From: Actinomycetes bacterium
Lineage (GTDB): Bacteria > Actinomycetota > Acidimicrobiia > Acidimicrobiales > JABEUL01
NCBI GenBank assembly: GCA_021791915.1
Contig: JAJYVQ010000002.1
Span: 434 to 64,433, forward strand
Length of the DNA stretch: 64,000 bases
Reading direction: 5' to 3'
Below are positions 19,776 to 30,113 of the stretch, piece by piece. The notes under the pieces are model-generated. The model saw only the letters and a list, made by a program, of their open reading frames with translations. It was not told the DNA's origin and made no database searches. The stretch's first letter is position 1; each line of letters opens with the position of its first letter. A program made the position numbers and the translations under genes.

Positions 19776-20402
19776 TTATTTTGAGTAAAGTTCAACAATC
19801 AACTGCTCTTTAATAGGTGCATCCACATGCGCCCTTAAAGGCAAATTGTTAACCTTAACTGTAAACTTGTCGTCGGATCTCTCAAGCCAAGCTGGTACTG
19901 CTCTCTCCAATACCGATAAGTTGTGCTGTATAACAGCAAATTCTCGGGCTTTAGAGCTTAAAACAATTTCATCATCTTTTCTAACTTTATAACTTGGTAT
20001 CGTAACTCTCTTGGCGTTCACTAGAACATGTCCGTGTCGTACCAGCTGCCTTGCCTGACTTCTGGAAGCACCCCATCCCGCCCTAAAAGCTATATTGTCC
20101 AAACGAGTCTCCAAAGTTAAAAGCAACATCTCACCTGTAATGCCTTGGGATCTGTTAGCTTGTTCGTAGTAGTTGGCGAACTGAGTTTCTAATACGCCAT
20201 AAATTCTACGAGCTTTTTGTTTTTCTCGCAACTGAGTCATATACTCAGAGCCCTGTCTCATACGATCTCTACCATGATCTCCGGGAGGATATGGACGCCT
20301 GGTCACGGGACATTTTACTGAATCGCACTTCGAACCTTTCAAAAAAAGCTGCGTTTTTTCCCGTCGGCATAATTTACAAACCGGTCCTATATATCTAGCC
20401 AC
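19776..20402 (-). CDS. rpsD: 30S ribosomal protein S4 (Cys4 form)
   Basis: MARYIGPVCKLCRRE...KCDSVKC N-terminus and an S4 RNA-binding domain. Confidence 0.96.
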   Translation of the reverse strand: MARYIGPVCKLCRREKTQLFLKGSKCDSVKCPVTRRPYPPGDHGRDRMRQGSEYMTQLREKQKARRIYGVLETQFANYYEQANRSQGITGEMLLLTLETRLDNIAFRAGWGASRSQARQLVRHGHVLVNAKRVTIPSYKVRKDDEIVLSSKAREFAVIQHNLSVLERAVPAWLERSDDKFTVKVNNLPLRAHVDAPIKEQLIVELYSK

Positions 20403-20464
20403 TTATTTCCTCTTTCATACAAATAAAGATCTCTTTTACTTTGGTGATAAGTTGCAACATAAAC

Positions 20465-20869
20465 TTAAACTCTTCTTCGTTTCTTAGGACGACATCCGTT
20501 ATGTGGCATCGGGGTTACATCTCTCGTGGAAGTTACTTCCAAACCCGCTGCAGACACTGATCTGATAGCAGTTTCTCTGCCCGAACCGGGTCCTCTAACT
20601 AATACTTCGACTTTTTGCATTCCGTGTTCCATCGCCCTTTTTGCACAAGCCTCTGCTGCTAACTGAGCGGCAAACGGAGTAGATTTTCTCGACCCTTTAA
20701 ATCCCACATTGCCAGCCGACGACCAAGCAATTACATTTCCCTCGTTATCGGTAATAGATACGATAGTATTGTTAAACGAACACTTGATGTGAACTACTCC
20801 AGTTGAAACTTTCTTCCTGTCTTTTCGCTTAACTTTTTTCGTGCCTCCAGCACTTCTCGGTTTTGGCAT
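20465..20869 (-). CDS. rpsK: 30S ribosomal protein S11
   Basis: [18 protein letters not shown] and [14 protein letters not shown] motifs. Confidence 0.96.
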   Translation of the reverse strand: MPKPRSAGGTKKVKRKDRKKVSTGVVHIKCSFNNTIVSITDNEGNVIAWSSAGNVGFKGSRKSTPFAAQLAAEACAKRAMEHGMQKVEVLVRGPGSGRETAIRSVSAAGLEVTSTRDVTPMPHNGCRPKKRRRV

Positions 20870-21010
20870 AACTCCTCTAATTTATATTCTTGTTTCTTTA
20901 AACTTTTTAACTTAACTTATCTTAACTGGACCAACCGTCAACATATTTGAACCAAAAACAAACCGTCCCCAAGTGTTACTAATTCGTTTCGACCAGAGCT
21001 TATATTTTAG

Positions 21011-21388
21011 CTACTTCTTAACTTTTTTCTTACCCGCAACAGTCTTCTTCGGACCTTTTCTAGTTCTAGCATTCGTATGAGTTCTTTGACCCCTTACCGG
21101 CAATCCCTTTCTGTGCCGAAGACCCTGATAACAACCGATCTCCATTTTACGTTTTATATCTGCGGCGACATCTCTTCTAAGATCACCTTCTACTTTTAAG
21201 GTCTGATCTATGTACTGACGAAGTTTATTAACTTCATCATCTGTTAGATCCTTTACTCTTGAATCTTTATTGATACCAGTCGCTTCCAATATCTGATTTG
21301 AAACTGGTCTTCCTATTCCATAAATATAAGTTAATGAGACTTCCACTCTTTTGTCTCTGGGGATATCTACTCCAGCGATTCTTGCCAT
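21011..21388 (-). CDS. rpsM: 30S ribosomal protein S13
   Basis: [27 protein letters not shown]-terminus. Confidence 0.96.
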   Translation of the reverse strand: MARIAGVDIPRDKRVEVSLTYIYGIGRPVSNQILEATGINKDSRVKDLTDDEVNKLRQYIDQTLKVEGDLRRDVAADIKRKMEIGCYQGLRHRKGLPVRGQRTHTNARTRKGPKKTVAGKKKVKK

Positions 21389-21577
21389 TTAATTTAACCC
21401 TGCCATATTGTTACGTTCTGCCATATTGTTACGTTCTGCCATATTGTTGAGTTCTATTTTCCTGTTGAATACTGTCTTGCTATTAAGTTTCACTATACTA
21501 TTAAAGTTTTTTATTTTATCTGTAGTCACGTTAACTTCAGCAATCTTTTTATTGGTTGCAGCCATGAAAGTTATCAT
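21389..21577 (-). CDS. orphan 62-aa ORF in the rpmJ-rpsM spacer (uncertain whether it is a real gene)
   Basis: GGAGG lies 9 nt upstream of its ATG, and its TAA abuts the rpsM ATG. Against this, the protein is K/N-rich and low-complexity, and its C-terminus is built from an 18-bp repeat. Confidence 0.3.
   Translation of the reverse strand: MITFMAATNKKIAEVNVTTDKIKNFNSIVKLNSKTVFNRKIELNNMAERNNMAERNNMAGLN
21400..21453. repeat. tandem repeat, 18-bp unit x3 (ctgccatattgttacgtt)
   Basis: Direct reading, immediately upstream of the rpsM start. Confidence 0.9.
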
Positions 21578-21601
21578 ACGCCATAGCCTCCATGTCTGCT
21601 A

Positions 21602-21715
21602 CTAACCTTGTCTTTGCTTGTGGCGAGGATTATCGCAAATTACCATTACTTTTCCGTGCCTTTTTATTACCTTACACTTTTCACATATTGCTTTAACGCT
21701 TGGTCGAACTTTCAT
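21602..21715 (-). CDS. rpmJ: 50S ribosomal protein L36 (not in the ORF track)
   Basis: Hand translation gives [37 protein letters not shown] followed by a stop. Position is canonical, between infA and rpsM. Confidence 0.93.
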   Translation of the reverse strand: MKVRPSVKAICEKCKVIKRHGKVMVICDNPRHKQRQG

Positions 21716-21722
21716 CTCATTC

Positions 21723-21765
21723 CTGTATTATTTATTACTGTATTATTTATTACTGTATTATTTCT
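21723..21765. repeat. intergenic tandem repeat, 15-bp unit x about 2.8 (ctgtattatttatta)
   Basis: Direct reading of the infA-rpmJ spacer. Confidence 0.85.
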
Positions 21766-21876
21766 GCCATCTATGTATCAGCTATCTATTTCTATAACCT
21801 TATATCGCTTTAATTGCTATTTTTTTAACCTGTCTATTTTTTAAAGCTACGAATATGTCACTGCTCTTACTTGTAT

Positions 21877-22101
21877 CTACTTATATCTATAAGTAATGCG
21901 CCCACGTTGCAAATCATATGGAGTTACCTCCACCTGTACTTTATCTCCTGGCAATATCCTAATCCTGTGCATACGAACTTTACCCGACGAGTAAGCCAAG
22001 ATCTTATGACCGTTTTCTAGTTCTACCCTAAACATAGCATTGGGCAAAGGTTCTATGACCGTACCTTCTAACACAATCGCCTCTTCTTTTTGTTTATTCA
22101 G
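21877..22101 (-). CDS. infA: translation initiation factor IF-1, probable CTG start
   Basis: Similarity to IF-1 ([28 protein letters not shown]) extends upstream of the track's GTG at 22074. The only candidate start after the in-frame stop is the CTG at 22101, which has GGAGG 5 nt upstream. Confidence 0.85.
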   Translation of the reverse strand: MNKQKEEAIVLEGTVIEPLPNAMFRVELENGHKILAYSSGKVRMHRIRILPGDKVQVEVTPYDLQRGRITYRYK

Positions 22102-22235
22102 GTGAACCTCCGTACGTTCTTTCTAACGACAATGATCGACTTACCGTTTTTGTTGTTTATTAAGTGATATTTTGTGCTCAATAAAATCAATTTATAAAAT
22201 GGCACAAAAATAACCGATAATATATATTAGCACTT

Positions 22236-22976
22236 TTAAAGGGTCGTCAGTACCGTCGGACCAGCGTCGGTAATTGCGATGGTATGTTCAAAATGTGCCG
22301 AAAGCGATCCGTCTTTTGTTACTACCGACCAACCGTCGTCAAGTACTACAGTTTCAGCTCCTTTTTCATTAACCATAGGTTCTATGGCAAATACATGTCC
22401 CACTTTGAGCCTAGGGCCAGGATGACCCGGCCAGTAGTTTGGAACCTGCGGTTCTTCGTGCATTCTAGTACCAATAGCATGACCTACGTACTCTTTTACA
22501 ACTGAGTATCCCGCAGCTTCGGCTACATCTTGAATTGCCCTGCCCACTTCGTGAAGGTGATTTCCTGCCACCAATTTATCGATTCCTGCAAATAGGCTCT
22601 TCTCAGTAACCTCAATCAGTCTACTAACCGACTTCGATACGTTGCCAACTCCAACACTGAATGCGGCATCTCCGTGGTATCCATCAACGATCGCACCACA
22701 ATCGACCGATATCAAATCTCCTTCTTTTAATACATAACTCCCTGGGATACCATGAACAATCATGCTATTGGGAGAAGTACAGATCGTTGCAGGAAATCCG
22801 TGGTAACCAAGAAAATTAGAAGTTGCACCTCTTTTTTCCAGTACATCTCTTGAGACCTTATCCAACTCCAAAGTAGTTACCCCCGGTTTTATCGCACTGC
22901 GTATTTTTTCATGAATTTCAGCTACGACTTTGCCAGCTTTAGCCATCTTTTTAATTTCATCTTCGTTTCTTATCAT
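22236..22976 (-). CDS. map: type I methionine aminopeptidase
   Basis: Metal-ligand contexts (DCGAIVDGYHGD, GHAIG, EPMV, EHT). Confidence 0.94.
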   Translation of the reverse strand: MIRNEDEIKKMAKAGKVVAEIHEKIRSAIKPGVTTLELDKVSRDVLEKRGATSNFLGYHGFPATICTSPNSMIVHGIPGSYVLKEGDLISVDCGAIVDGYHGDAAFSVGVGNVSKSVSRLIEVTEKSLFAGIDKLVAGNHLHEVGRAIQDVAEAAGYSVVKEYVGHAIGTRMHEEPQVPNYWPGHPGPRLKVGHVFAIEPMVNEKGAETVVLDDGWSVVTKDGSLSAHFEHTIAITDAGPTVLTTL

Positions 22977-23009
22977 TTTAAAAAATCTTCATGAATTTAC
23001 ATGGAAATG

Positions 23010-23678
23010 TTACTGTCTTTCCTTCAATACGGAATCAACTTCTTTAATTATTCTTTTCAGAATTACCTCAGTGGAACCGACTCCGTTTATATCTTTTAGC
23101 AGATTCGATTTTGAATAGTATTCCATCAGCGGAAACGTCTCTTTGTCATAAAGTTCTAGCCTCCTTAAAATCGCACTTTCGGTATCATCTTCACGTTGTA
23201 TAACTTCACCGCCACACACATCGCAAGTCCAGTTAATCTTCGGCGGAAGAGAAGTGGAATAAACTGTCTGGCAGTCAACGCAGACCCTACGCGACGCCAG
23301 CCTCTTTATAACAATATTTTTTGGTACATCTAAGTTGACAACCGCATCAAGTTTATTGGGTAGTAACATTTCGTCCAAGGTTTTAGCCTGACTTACAGTC
23401 CTCGGATATCCGTCTAAAATGAAACCAGTCTCGATGGCAGCATCCTGCATTAATCTGTTTTGGACCATCTGAGTTACGATTTGATCTGGAATTAACTCAC
23501 CAGCATCCATAGCGGCTTTTGCCTTAAGTCCAAGTTCCGTTTTTTGCCTTACATTAGACCTAAGCATATCCCCAGAAGAGATATGAGGAATAGCATAGTA
23601 GTGGGACAGCCTGACGCACTGAGTGCCTTTTCCCGCCCCCTGCTTCCCTAAGATTACTAGGAGAGCCCCTTTCTCCAC
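23010..23678 (-). CDS. adk: adenylate kinase (Cys4 zinc lid)
   Basis: P-loop GKQGAGKGTQ and lid CVDCQ...CDVCGG. Confidence 0.94.
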   Translation of the reverse strand: MEKGALLVILGKQGAGKGTQCVRLSHYYAIPHISSGDMLRSNVRQKTELGLKAKAAMDAGELIPDQIVTQMVQNRLMQDAAIETGFILDGYPRTVSQAKTLDEMLLPNKLDAVVNLDVPKNIVIKRLASRRVCVDCQTVYSTSLPPKINWTCDVCGGEVIQREDDTESAILRRLELYDKETFPLMEYYSKSNLLKDINGVGSTEVILKRIIKEVDSVLKERQ

Positions 23679-24964
23679 TAACTTAAGAACCCCTCATAGT
23701 TTCGCATCGTCAACTGAGAATCTATCTGCTTTAAGGTTTCTAGCGCAACGCCAACAACAATTAAAACGGTTACCCCAAACGGCGGAATATTCTTGATATG
23801 CCAAAAATAAAACGGAATCGCAGGAAGTGTTGCAAAAATAGCCAAATATATTGCCCCTGGTGTCGTTATTCGATTTAATATCCTGTTCAAATAGTTTTCG
23901 GTCTGAGGACCAGGTCTTATTCCAGGAATATATCCCCCTTGTTTTCTAACTATATCCGCCTGCTGAATCGGATCAAATACAATCCGTACAAAAAAGAACG
24001 TAAATACCACCACAAAAAATGCGTAAATTGCCATATAAGTAGGATTATACGACTGAATATAGTTACTCACAAAGTTCTGGAACCCTTTGGATGGAATTAC
24101 CTGAGCGATAATAATCGGTATATATAACAACGAAGAAGCGAAGATGACGGGAATTACACCGGCTTGATTTACCTTAAGTGGGATATAAGAAGACTGCTGC
24201 TGAGTCTCCCTTCGTCCCAACATTCGTTTAGCGTAGACAACCTGAATTCGTCTCTGACCCTGTTCCATAAATACGATTCCAACTAACATTGCAATAACCA
24301 ATATTATGATCGTCCAGAAATCAAACTCACCTCCCTGAAGTAAAACTACCGAAAATACACCTGGTACATTGGACAATACGTTAGCAAATATAAGAATCGA
24401 CATACCGTTACCTATACCGTGTTCAGTAATTAACTCCCCCAACCACATAACAAAAGCAGTTCCTGCGGTAAAAGTCAATATAATATAGGCCGCCCTAGGA
24501 AAGTTCCAATCGGGAATCAAATCAGTTGCAGTTCCAGTATTGAACAGACCGCCAGAATGCGCCGCATAGGTAAATCCAGATGCCTGTAACAAAGCTAAAC
24601 CCACAGTCAGATACCTAGTAGTCTGAGTAAGTTTTTTTTGTCCGATTGGACCTTCATCTCTCCACTGCTGAAGTTTCGGAATTGCCGTTGTAAGCATTTG
24701 AATTATGATAGAACTTGTGATATAGGGCATAATTCCCAGACCGAATACAGCCATCCTGGTTAAAGCCCCTCCAGTAAATAAAGACAGAAAAGTTAAAATA
24801 CCGCTCGATTGAGACTGAATATTTATCTTTTCCAAGAGGTGGATATCTATTCCCGGAACGGGAACATTGGCTCCCAACTGATATGCCAAAACAATAAAGA
24901 CAGTAAAAAGAACTTTCTTTCTAAGATCTGCTACTTTAAATATATTTGCTAGCTTTGAAAACAT
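23678..24964 (-). CDS. secY: preprotein translocase subunit SecY
   Basis: 428-aa polytopic membrane protein in the canonical position after rplO. Confidence 0.95.
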   Translation of the reverse strand: MFSKLANIFKVADLRKKVLFTVFIVLAYQLGANVPVPGIDIHLLEKINIQSQSSGILTFLSLFTGGALTRMAVFGLGIMPYITSSIIIQMLTTAIPKLQQWRDEGPIGQKKLTQTTRYLTVGLALLQASGFTYAAHSGGLFNTGTATDLIPDWNFPRAAYIILTFTAGTAFVMWLGELITEHGIGNGMSILIFANVLSNVPGVFSVVLLQGGEFDFWTIIILVIAMLVGIVFMEQGQRRIQVVYAKRMLGRRETQQQSSYIPLKVNQAGVIPVIFASSLLYIPIIIAQVIPSKGFQNFVSNYIQSYNPTYMAIYAFFVVVFTFFFVRIVFDPIQQADIVRKQGGYIPGIRPGPQTENYLNRILNRITTPGAIYLAIFATLPAIPFYFWHIKNIPPFGVTVLIVVGVALETLKQIDSQLTMRNYEGFLS

Positions 24965-25094
24965 TTGGCAGTTACACTATTTTCTTAAGGTTATTTATCT
25001 ATCTTCTTTAGGTTATTTATCTGTATCAGTTATCGAAACTTTGTTTCTTAAACAGAAGCTCGAATTTAATATATTCTATTTATTTCAAATATCC

Positions 25095-25164
25095 GTTAAT
25101 CCCAACGTTAAGTTAATCCCAACGTTAAGTTAATCTCAGCATTAAATTAATCTCAGCGTTAAAT
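25095..25164. repeat. intergenic tandem repeats, 17-bp units (gttaatcccaacgttaa x2, then taatctcagc-type x2)
   Basis: Direct reading of the 346-bp rplO-secY spacer. Confidence 0.85.
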
Positions 25165-25310
25165 TTTTTCCTAAATTTAACTAAGATAAATTCTACAATT
25201 AATTTATTATGCATACTTGACGGTTAGTACTTATACCTAAATTATCGGCTTTTGGGTTACTTTTTCGTTAAACTGACAGTTAATTGAATAACGCAACTAG
25301 AAATCTCTGA

Positions 25311-25799
25311 TTACCTGTTCGAAAGCGCATTACCGCGAACTGGCGGTCTGCCCGATTTAAACGGAAGCTCAATCTTCTCGCAAGTACCTCCAGCTTTCTC
25401 TATCGCTTCTTTAGCTGATATAGAAAAACCATGAGCTTTAACAGTATATGCTGTTTTCATCTCACCTCGACCGAGTACTTTAACCAGACAGTTTTTTGGA
25501 ACCAATCCGTAGCCGTACAATACTTCGGGCGTTATCTCTTTATCTTCAATTTTCGAGATCGTATCCAAATTTACGATCGAATACTTTATCTGAAATGGGT
25601 TTCTGAACCCCTTTAGCTTCGGGATTCTCTGAGTTAAAGGCAATTGACCACCTTCAAATCCAGGTTTGATATTATTCCTGGCCTTTTGACCTTTGGTACC
25701 TCTGCCCGCAGTTTTCCCACCTTTACCCCCAATACCCCGGCCTACTCGTCTTTTTTCTTGTTTAGAACCTATTGCGGGCTTTAAGTCGTGAAGTTTCAT
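25311..25799 (-). CDS. rplO: 50S ribosomal protein L15
   Basis: MKLHDLKPA...RVGRGIGGKGGKTAGRGTKGQ N-terminus. Confidence 0.95.
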   Translation of the reverse strand: MKLHDLKPAIGSKQEKRRVGRGIGGKGGKTAGRGTKGQKARNNIKPGFEGGQLPLTQRIPKLKGFRNPFQIKYSIVNLDTISKIEDKEITPEVLYGYGLVPKNCLVKVLGRGEMKTAYTVKAHGFSISAKEAIEKAGGTCEKIELPFKSGRPPVRGNALSNR

Positions 25800-25989
25800 T
25801 TTGACTCCTGATATTCCTTTTTTTATAATTTGTAAATTACCGATCTAAACTTCTAACGTAAATTGTTAGCAAATTGTCAAACTCTGATAATGATTGATAT
25901 TTTATAAATCCTTAAATCTGTCTTATATGACCTGTCTGTAATAAATTTCTATTAGAAATCCTACAATTAGTTATTTGCTTCTAGTAGTC

Positions 25990-26181
25990 TTATTCTGAAA
26001 CCTTTTCAATCGAAATCAAGTGACTAACTTTATTTATCATTCCCTGTATTTCGGGTCTATTTGGCAGTAGGTTAACTTGACCAATTTTTCTCAATCCCAA
26101 AGCTCTCATCGTTGCTTTGGTTTTCGGTTTTACGCCTATAGTTGATTTAATTTGCTTTACTTTTATCTGCTCTTCGGCCAT
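25990..26181 (-). CDS. rpmD: 50S ribosomal protein L30
   Basis: 63 aa with IKVKQIKSTIGVKPKTKATMRALGLRKIGQ. Confidence 0.93.
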   Translation of the reverse strand: MAEEQIKVKQIKSTIGVKPKTKATMRALGLRKIGQVNLLPNRPEIQGMINKVSHLISIEKVSE

Positions 26182-26206
26182 CTAATTTTCCTTCTCTGTT
26201 CAACTC

Positions 26207-26266
26207 AAGTTCATCTATTTTAAGTTCATCTATTTTAATTTCACCGATATTAAGTTCATCTATTTT
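26207..26266. repeat. intergenic repeat, 15-bp period x4 with the third unit diverged (aagttcatctatttt)
   Basis: Direct reading of the rpsE-rpmD spacer. Confidence 0.85.
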
Positions 26267-26320
26267 AATTTAAAAATTAAGTATTTGCAACTTGACTCTG
26301 CTTGATTGAAGCACCTACTC

Positions 26321-26848
26321 CTATTCAATATGAGTTTTTTTGTTTATTGAATTTAAAAATCCTTTCGGAACGATCTCATCTATTGCCTTTCCTCTTAAAC
26401 GGGCGATTTCGGCGGGTCTTTTTAAGTTCTTAAGACCGTCGATAGTAGCATGGGCAACATTTATACCGTTGGACGAACCTAACGACTTTGCCAAAATGTC
26501 GTGAACTCCAGCCATCTCCAAAATCGCTCTTGCCGCACCTCCAGCAATAACACCAGTTCCAGGAGCTGCTGGCTTTAACATAACTCTTCCAGCTCCGCTT
26601 TGTCCGATAATGGGATGGGCAATCGTACTGTTAACCAACGGGACTTCAAACATCGATTTTTTTGCTTCTTCTATACCTTTTTGAACCGCGATACCAGCTT
26701 CTTTTGCTTTTCCGTAGCCAAGTCCTACATGTCCTTTGCCATCGCCCACTACCATCAATGCAGTAAATGAAAACCTGCGACCACCCTTTACCACTTTTGC
26801 CACTCGGTTTACTTTTATCGTTCTTTCTTCTAATTCAGTTTCCATCAA
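26321..26848 (-). CDS. rpsE: 30S ribosomal protein S5
   Basis: [36 protein letters not shown]. Confidence 0.96.
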   Translation of the reverse strand: MMETELEERTIKVNRVAKVVKGGRRFSFTALMVVGDGKGHVGLGYGKAKEAGIAVQKGIEEAKKSMFEVPLVNSTIAHPIIGQSGAGRVMLKPAAPGTGVIAGGAARAILEMAGVHDILAKSLGSSNGINVAHATIDGLKNLKRPAEIARLRGKAIDEIVPKGFLNSINKKTHIE

Positions 26849-27204
26849 AACTCCAATCCTGCTTGCCTTGCGGCATCGGCTACTGCGGCGACTCTTCCGT
26901 GATATGAAAATCCACCTCGGTCAAATACTACCTTTTTAATTCCGGCTTCTTTTGCTCTAGTTGCAATCAAATTCCCTACTTCTTTTGCGGTATCAGTACC
27001 ATTTTTAACTTGAGATTTTACCCCTTTCTCGTAAGAAGAAGCTGCAACTAACGTTTTACCCACAGTATCGTCGATTATCTGGGCTGATATGTGTTTAACG
27101 GAACGGAAGACCGATAGCCTAGGCCTTTCGGATGTACCGACTATCTTGTTACGCATTGAGCTATGACGCTTGCTACGTCTTTTTGATGCGCTTAATGTAC
27201 TCAT
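26845..27204 (-). CDS. rplR: 50S ribosomal protein L18
   Basis: [20 protein letters not shown] and [20 protein letters not shown]. Confidence 0.95.
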   Translation of the reverse strand: MSTLSASKRRSKRHSSMRNKIVGTSERPRLSVFRSVKHISAQIIDDTVGKTLVAASSYEKGVKSQVKNGTDTAKEVGNLIATRAKEAGIKKVVFDRGGFSYHGRVAAVADAARQAGLEF

Positions 27205-27740
27205 TTTCCGGTCTTGCCTGCCTTTCTTAAAATTCTCTCCCCTGCATACCTAATACCTTTGCCCTTGTAAGGTTCTGGCTTTCTTAACTTTCTTATATTT
27301 GCTGCCACCTGCCCCACCAAAGCCTTATCAATCCCTTTTATGATGATCCTAGTAGGTGCTGGTACTTCAAATGATATGCCTTGCGGTGCTAGTATAGTAA
27401 CTGGATGGCTGAAACCAAGAGACATATCCAAAGTGGTATCGCCTTTAGCTTGGGCTCGGTATCCCACTCCGACTATTTCAAGTTCTTTTGTAAATCCGTT
27501 TGAAACTCCACTAACCATATTGGATATTAACGTTCTCGTCAATCCGTGTAACGCCCTCTGATACCGTTCGTCGTTTGAACGATATACCATTGCCTGAGAA
27601 CCAGTTACCTCAACTGTAATCAAATCGGGAAGTTTGTGCTGAAGCTCGCCTTTGGGTCCTTTAACGACAACTGTGGAACTGTCTACGGCAACAGAAACAT
27701 TAGCCGGTATCTCAATCGGTTGTTTTCCTATCCTTGACAT
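27201..27740 (-). CDS. rplF: 50S ribosomal protein L6
   Basis: [18 protein letters not shown]-terminus and [10 protein letters not shown] near the C-terminus. Confidence 0.95.
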   Translation of the reverse strand: MSRIGKQPIEIPANVSVAVDSSTVVVKGPKGELQHKLPDLITVEVTGSQAMVYRSNDERYQRALHGLTRTLISNMVSGVSNGFTKELEIVGVGYRAQAKGDTTLDMSLGFSHPVTILAPQGISFEVPAPTRIIIKGIDKALVGQVAANIRKLRKPEPYKGKGIRYAGERILRKAGKTGK

Positions 27741-27771
27741 TTAATAATTGCTCCTTCAAATAAATTTATTA

Positions 27772-28176
27772 CTACCAAACATGGCAGATAACTTCCCCGC
27801 CAACATGTTTCTGTCTGGCTTGCTTGTCGGTCATAAGACCCTGGGAAGTCGAGAGAATAGCAGACCCCAATCCTCCCAAAACTCTGGGCAGTTTGTCGGC
27901 ACTTGCGTAAATTCTAAGTCCTGGCTTGGATATTCTCTTAATACCGCTTATTGTTCTTTGTCTATTCTTCGAGTATTTAATTTCAATCTTTAAGACATTG
28001 TCTTTAAAGTTATTCTCACTTAACACCTCAAAACCTGTTATATAACCTTCAGAAAGTAGAACATTGGCTAATGCCACTTTCAATTTTGAAGATGGCATAA
28101 CTACTTCAGTCTTCAATGCTGCATTCGCATTTCGTATCCTGGTTAGCATATCGGCTATAGGATCAGTCATTGTCAT
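27772..28176 (-). CDS. rpsH: 30S ribosomal protein S8
   Basis: [14 protein letters not shown]-terminus. Confidence 0.95.
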   Translation of the reverse strand: MTMTDPIADMLTRIRNANAALKTEVVMPSSKLKVALANVLLSEGYITGFEVLSENNFKDNVLKIEIKYSKNRQRTISGIKRISKPGLRIYASADKLPRVLGGLGSAILSTSQGLMTDKQARQKHVGGEVICHVW

Positions 28177-28191
28177 TTTCTATAACCTCCT

Positions 28192-28377
28192 TTACCAACT
28201 AGCCTTAGTGACACCGGGTATTTCGCCGTTATGTACCATGACTCTCAGACATATTCTGCAGAGACCAAATTTTTTAAATACTGCTTTAGGCCGTCCACAT
28301 CTTTGACACCTGGTATACTGCCTTACTTTAAATTTCGGCTTTTTCATCTGCTTTTGAACTAGTGCTTTTTTTGCCAT
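28192..28377 (-). CDS. rpsN: 30S ribosomal protein S14, type Z (zinc form)
   Basis: 61 aa with CQRCGRP...CRIC and a C-terminal KASW. Confidence 0.94.
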   Translation of the reverse strand: MAKKALVQKQMKKPKFKVRQYTRCQRCGRPKAVFKKFGLCRICLRVMVHNGEIPGVTKASW

Positions 28378-28977
28378 TTAATTTTGCTTTCCTTCACGCC
28401 TAAATGGAAACCCTAACGCTTCCAAAAGTAATCTTCCACTGTTGTCGTCTTTTGCCGTAGTTACTATAGTAATATCCATACCTCTTATCGAATCGATCGC
28501 ATCGTAGTTAATCTCTGGAAAGATGATCTGTTCTGTGATGCCGAAAGTATAGTTACCATGACCGTCAAAGGACTTCCTGGACAAACCTCGAAAGTCCCTG
28601 ATCCTTGGAATAGCTACTGCCACCAAACGATCGTAGAACTCCCACATCCGAGCTGATCTCAAGGTGACCTTGACTCCAATCGGCATTCCTTGGCGAAGTT
28701 TAAACTGAGAAATTGAAGCTTTTGCTCTCGTTACTACGGGCTTTTGGCCTGATATCACAGTCATATCTCTTACTGCACCGTCGATTAACGACTGTTGCAT
28801 TGTAGCTTTACCAACTCCCATATTTAATACGATCTTATCTAAAGTCGGCACTTGCATAATATTCTTAAGTCCCAACGAACTCATCAGATCATTTTTGATA
28901 CTGGAATTAAATTTCTCTTTAAGTCTTGGTATATTTTTTTCTGTTGTATCTTTCACAGATTGGTCAGCACTGCTCAC
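28378..28977 (-). CDS. rplE: 50S ribosomal protein L5
   Basis: KIVLNMGVG and [11 protein letters not shown] motifs. Confidence 0.95.
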   Translation of the reverse strand: MSSADQSVKDTTEKNIPRLKEKFNSSIKNDLMSSLGLKNIMQVPTLDKIVLNMGVGKATMQQSLIDGAVRDMTVISGQKPVVTRAKASISQFKLRQGMPIGVKVTLRSARMWEFYDRLVAVAIPRIRDFRGLSRKSFDGHGNYTFGITEQIIFPEINYDAIDSIRGMDITIVTTAKDDNSGRLLLEALGFPFRREGKQN

Positions 28978-29276
28978 AGTTCACCTTCACATTTTCTACA
29001 TATTCTGGTTTTTAAGGATCCATCAATCTTCACGCCAATTCTCGTAGGTCCGCAAGTAGGACAAACTATCGCAACAGCAGAAGCCGAAATAGGCATGTCT
29101 TTGTCGATAATTCCTCCCTGCATTAAAGTCCTAGTTGCTTTGGTATGTCTTTTGGCAATATTTATTCGATCCACGATAACCTTATTATCGTTTGGAATAA
29201 CCCTTATGATTTCGCCCTCGCGACCTTTATCTTTACCAGACAAAACCTTTACCTTGTCACCTTTTTTCAGTTTCAT
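28974..29276 (-). CDS. rplX: 50S ribosomal protein L24 (CxxC...CxxC form)
   Basis: [21 protein letters not shown] motif. The C-terminal CPTCG...CRKCEG resembles zinc-ribbon L24 variants. Confidence 0.94.
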   Translation of the reverse strand: MKLKKGDKVKVLSGKDKGREGEIIRVIPNDNKVIVDRINIAKRHTKATRTLMQGGIIDKDMPISASAVAIVCPTCGPTRIGVKIDGSLKTRICRKCEGEL

Positions 29277-29307
29277 TTAGAGCTTCTCCTCAATATAAAA
29301 TATTTCA

Positions 29308-29676
29308 TTAAAGCACTTCGGGTGCTAACGAAATAATTCTCATAAATTTTTTGTCTCTTAGCTCTCTACCAACAGGACCAAAAATTCTGGTACCTCGAGG
29401 CTGAGACTGGTCGTTTATCAACACTGCAGCGTTCTCGTCAAATCTAATATAACTGCCATCGGGTCGTCTTTTTTCTTTTTTAGTTCTGACCACAACACAT
29501 TTAACTACGTCACCTTTTTTAACGGCGGCACCGGGAATCGCATCTTTGACGGTTGCTACAAATACATCCCCAATCGTTGCGTATCTCCTTTTTGACCCGC
29601 CCAGTACCTTGATACACAATACCTCTTTGGCTCCAGAATTGTCTGCGACCTTAAGTCTGGATTCTTGTTGAATCAT
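29308..29676 (-). CDS. rplN: 50S ribosomal protein L14
   Basis: [19 protein letters not shown]-terminus. Confidence 0.96.
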   Translation of the reverse strand: MIQQESRLKVADNSGAKEVLCIKVLGGSKRRYATIGDVFVATVKDAIPGAAVKKGDVVKCVVVRTKKEKRRPDGSYIRFDENAAVLINDQSQPRGTRIFGPVGRELRDKKFMRIISLAPEVL

Positions 29677-29963
29677 CTTGCCCTCTCCACGATTTCCACT
29701 AACCTCCAGTGTTTCAGCTTGGACAGCGGTCTAGTTTCGGCGACTTTTACCCTATCTCCGATATTTGCACTATTGTTCTCATCGTGAACATACAGCTTTT
29801 TACTCCTTTGTACGATCTTTCTGTACTTTGGATGTCTTACGCGTTGAATATCTGCTACCACGATTGTCTTGTTCATCGCCCGAGATATAACTAATCCTTC
29901 ACGCTCTTTCCGATTAGTCCTTTCTTTTAGTTCCTTACTTTCTTCGTTGGCTTCTTCGCTCAT
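29673..29963 (-). CDS. rpsQ: 30S ribosomal protein S17
   Basis: [21 protein letters not shown] and [14 protein letters not shown]. Confidence 0.95.
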   Translation of the reverse strand: MSEEANEESKELKERTNRKEREGLVISRAMNKTIVVADIQRVRHPKYRKIVQRSKKLYVHDENNSANIGDRVKVAETRPLSKLKHWRLVEIVERAR

Positions 29964-29971
29964 CTTTTGTC

Positions 29972-30050
29972 CTGTGTTCTTATCTGTTACTGTGTTCTTA
30001 TCTGTTACTGTATTCTTATCTGTTACTGTATTCTTATCTGTTACTGTGTT
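29972..30050. repeat. intergenic tandem repeat, 18-bp unit x about 4.4 (ctgtgttcttatctgtta)
   Basis: Direct reading of the 150-bp rpmC-rpsQ spacer, ending 9 nt upstream of the rpsQ ATG. Confidence 0.9.
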
Positions 30051-30113
30051 ATATTTTTTGTTTATAATGGAATGATCGCCGAAATTTTAATAGTTAGTTA
30101 GATATAACATAAA

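Noticed and set aside
21408-21844. Plus-strand ORFs 21408-21605 and 21608-21844
   Set aside because: The first is antisense to the repeat-containing spacer. The second is antisense to the hand-identified rpmJ (L36) gene and the adjacent 15-bp repeat. The canonical L36 translation on the minus strand explains the region.
23630-23680. Possible frameshift in the C-run at the adk P-loop / secY stop junction
   Set aside because: My manual base count across the homopolymer C-run (about 23635-23641) was off by one relative to the ORF track. The track gives intact, full-length adk and secY. I therefore attribute the discrepancy to my own reading of the run, not to a real frameshift.
28852-29336. Plus-strand ORFs antisense to rplE/rplX/rplN (142 aa and 63 aa)
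   Set aside because: These are shadow ORFs opposite conserved ribosomal protein genes.
29869-30075. Plus-strand ORF with a VFLSVT repeat
   Set aside because: It is generated by translating the 18-bp intergenic repeat between rpmC and rpsQ. There is no Shine-Dalgarno sequence, and it overlaps the rpsQ start.
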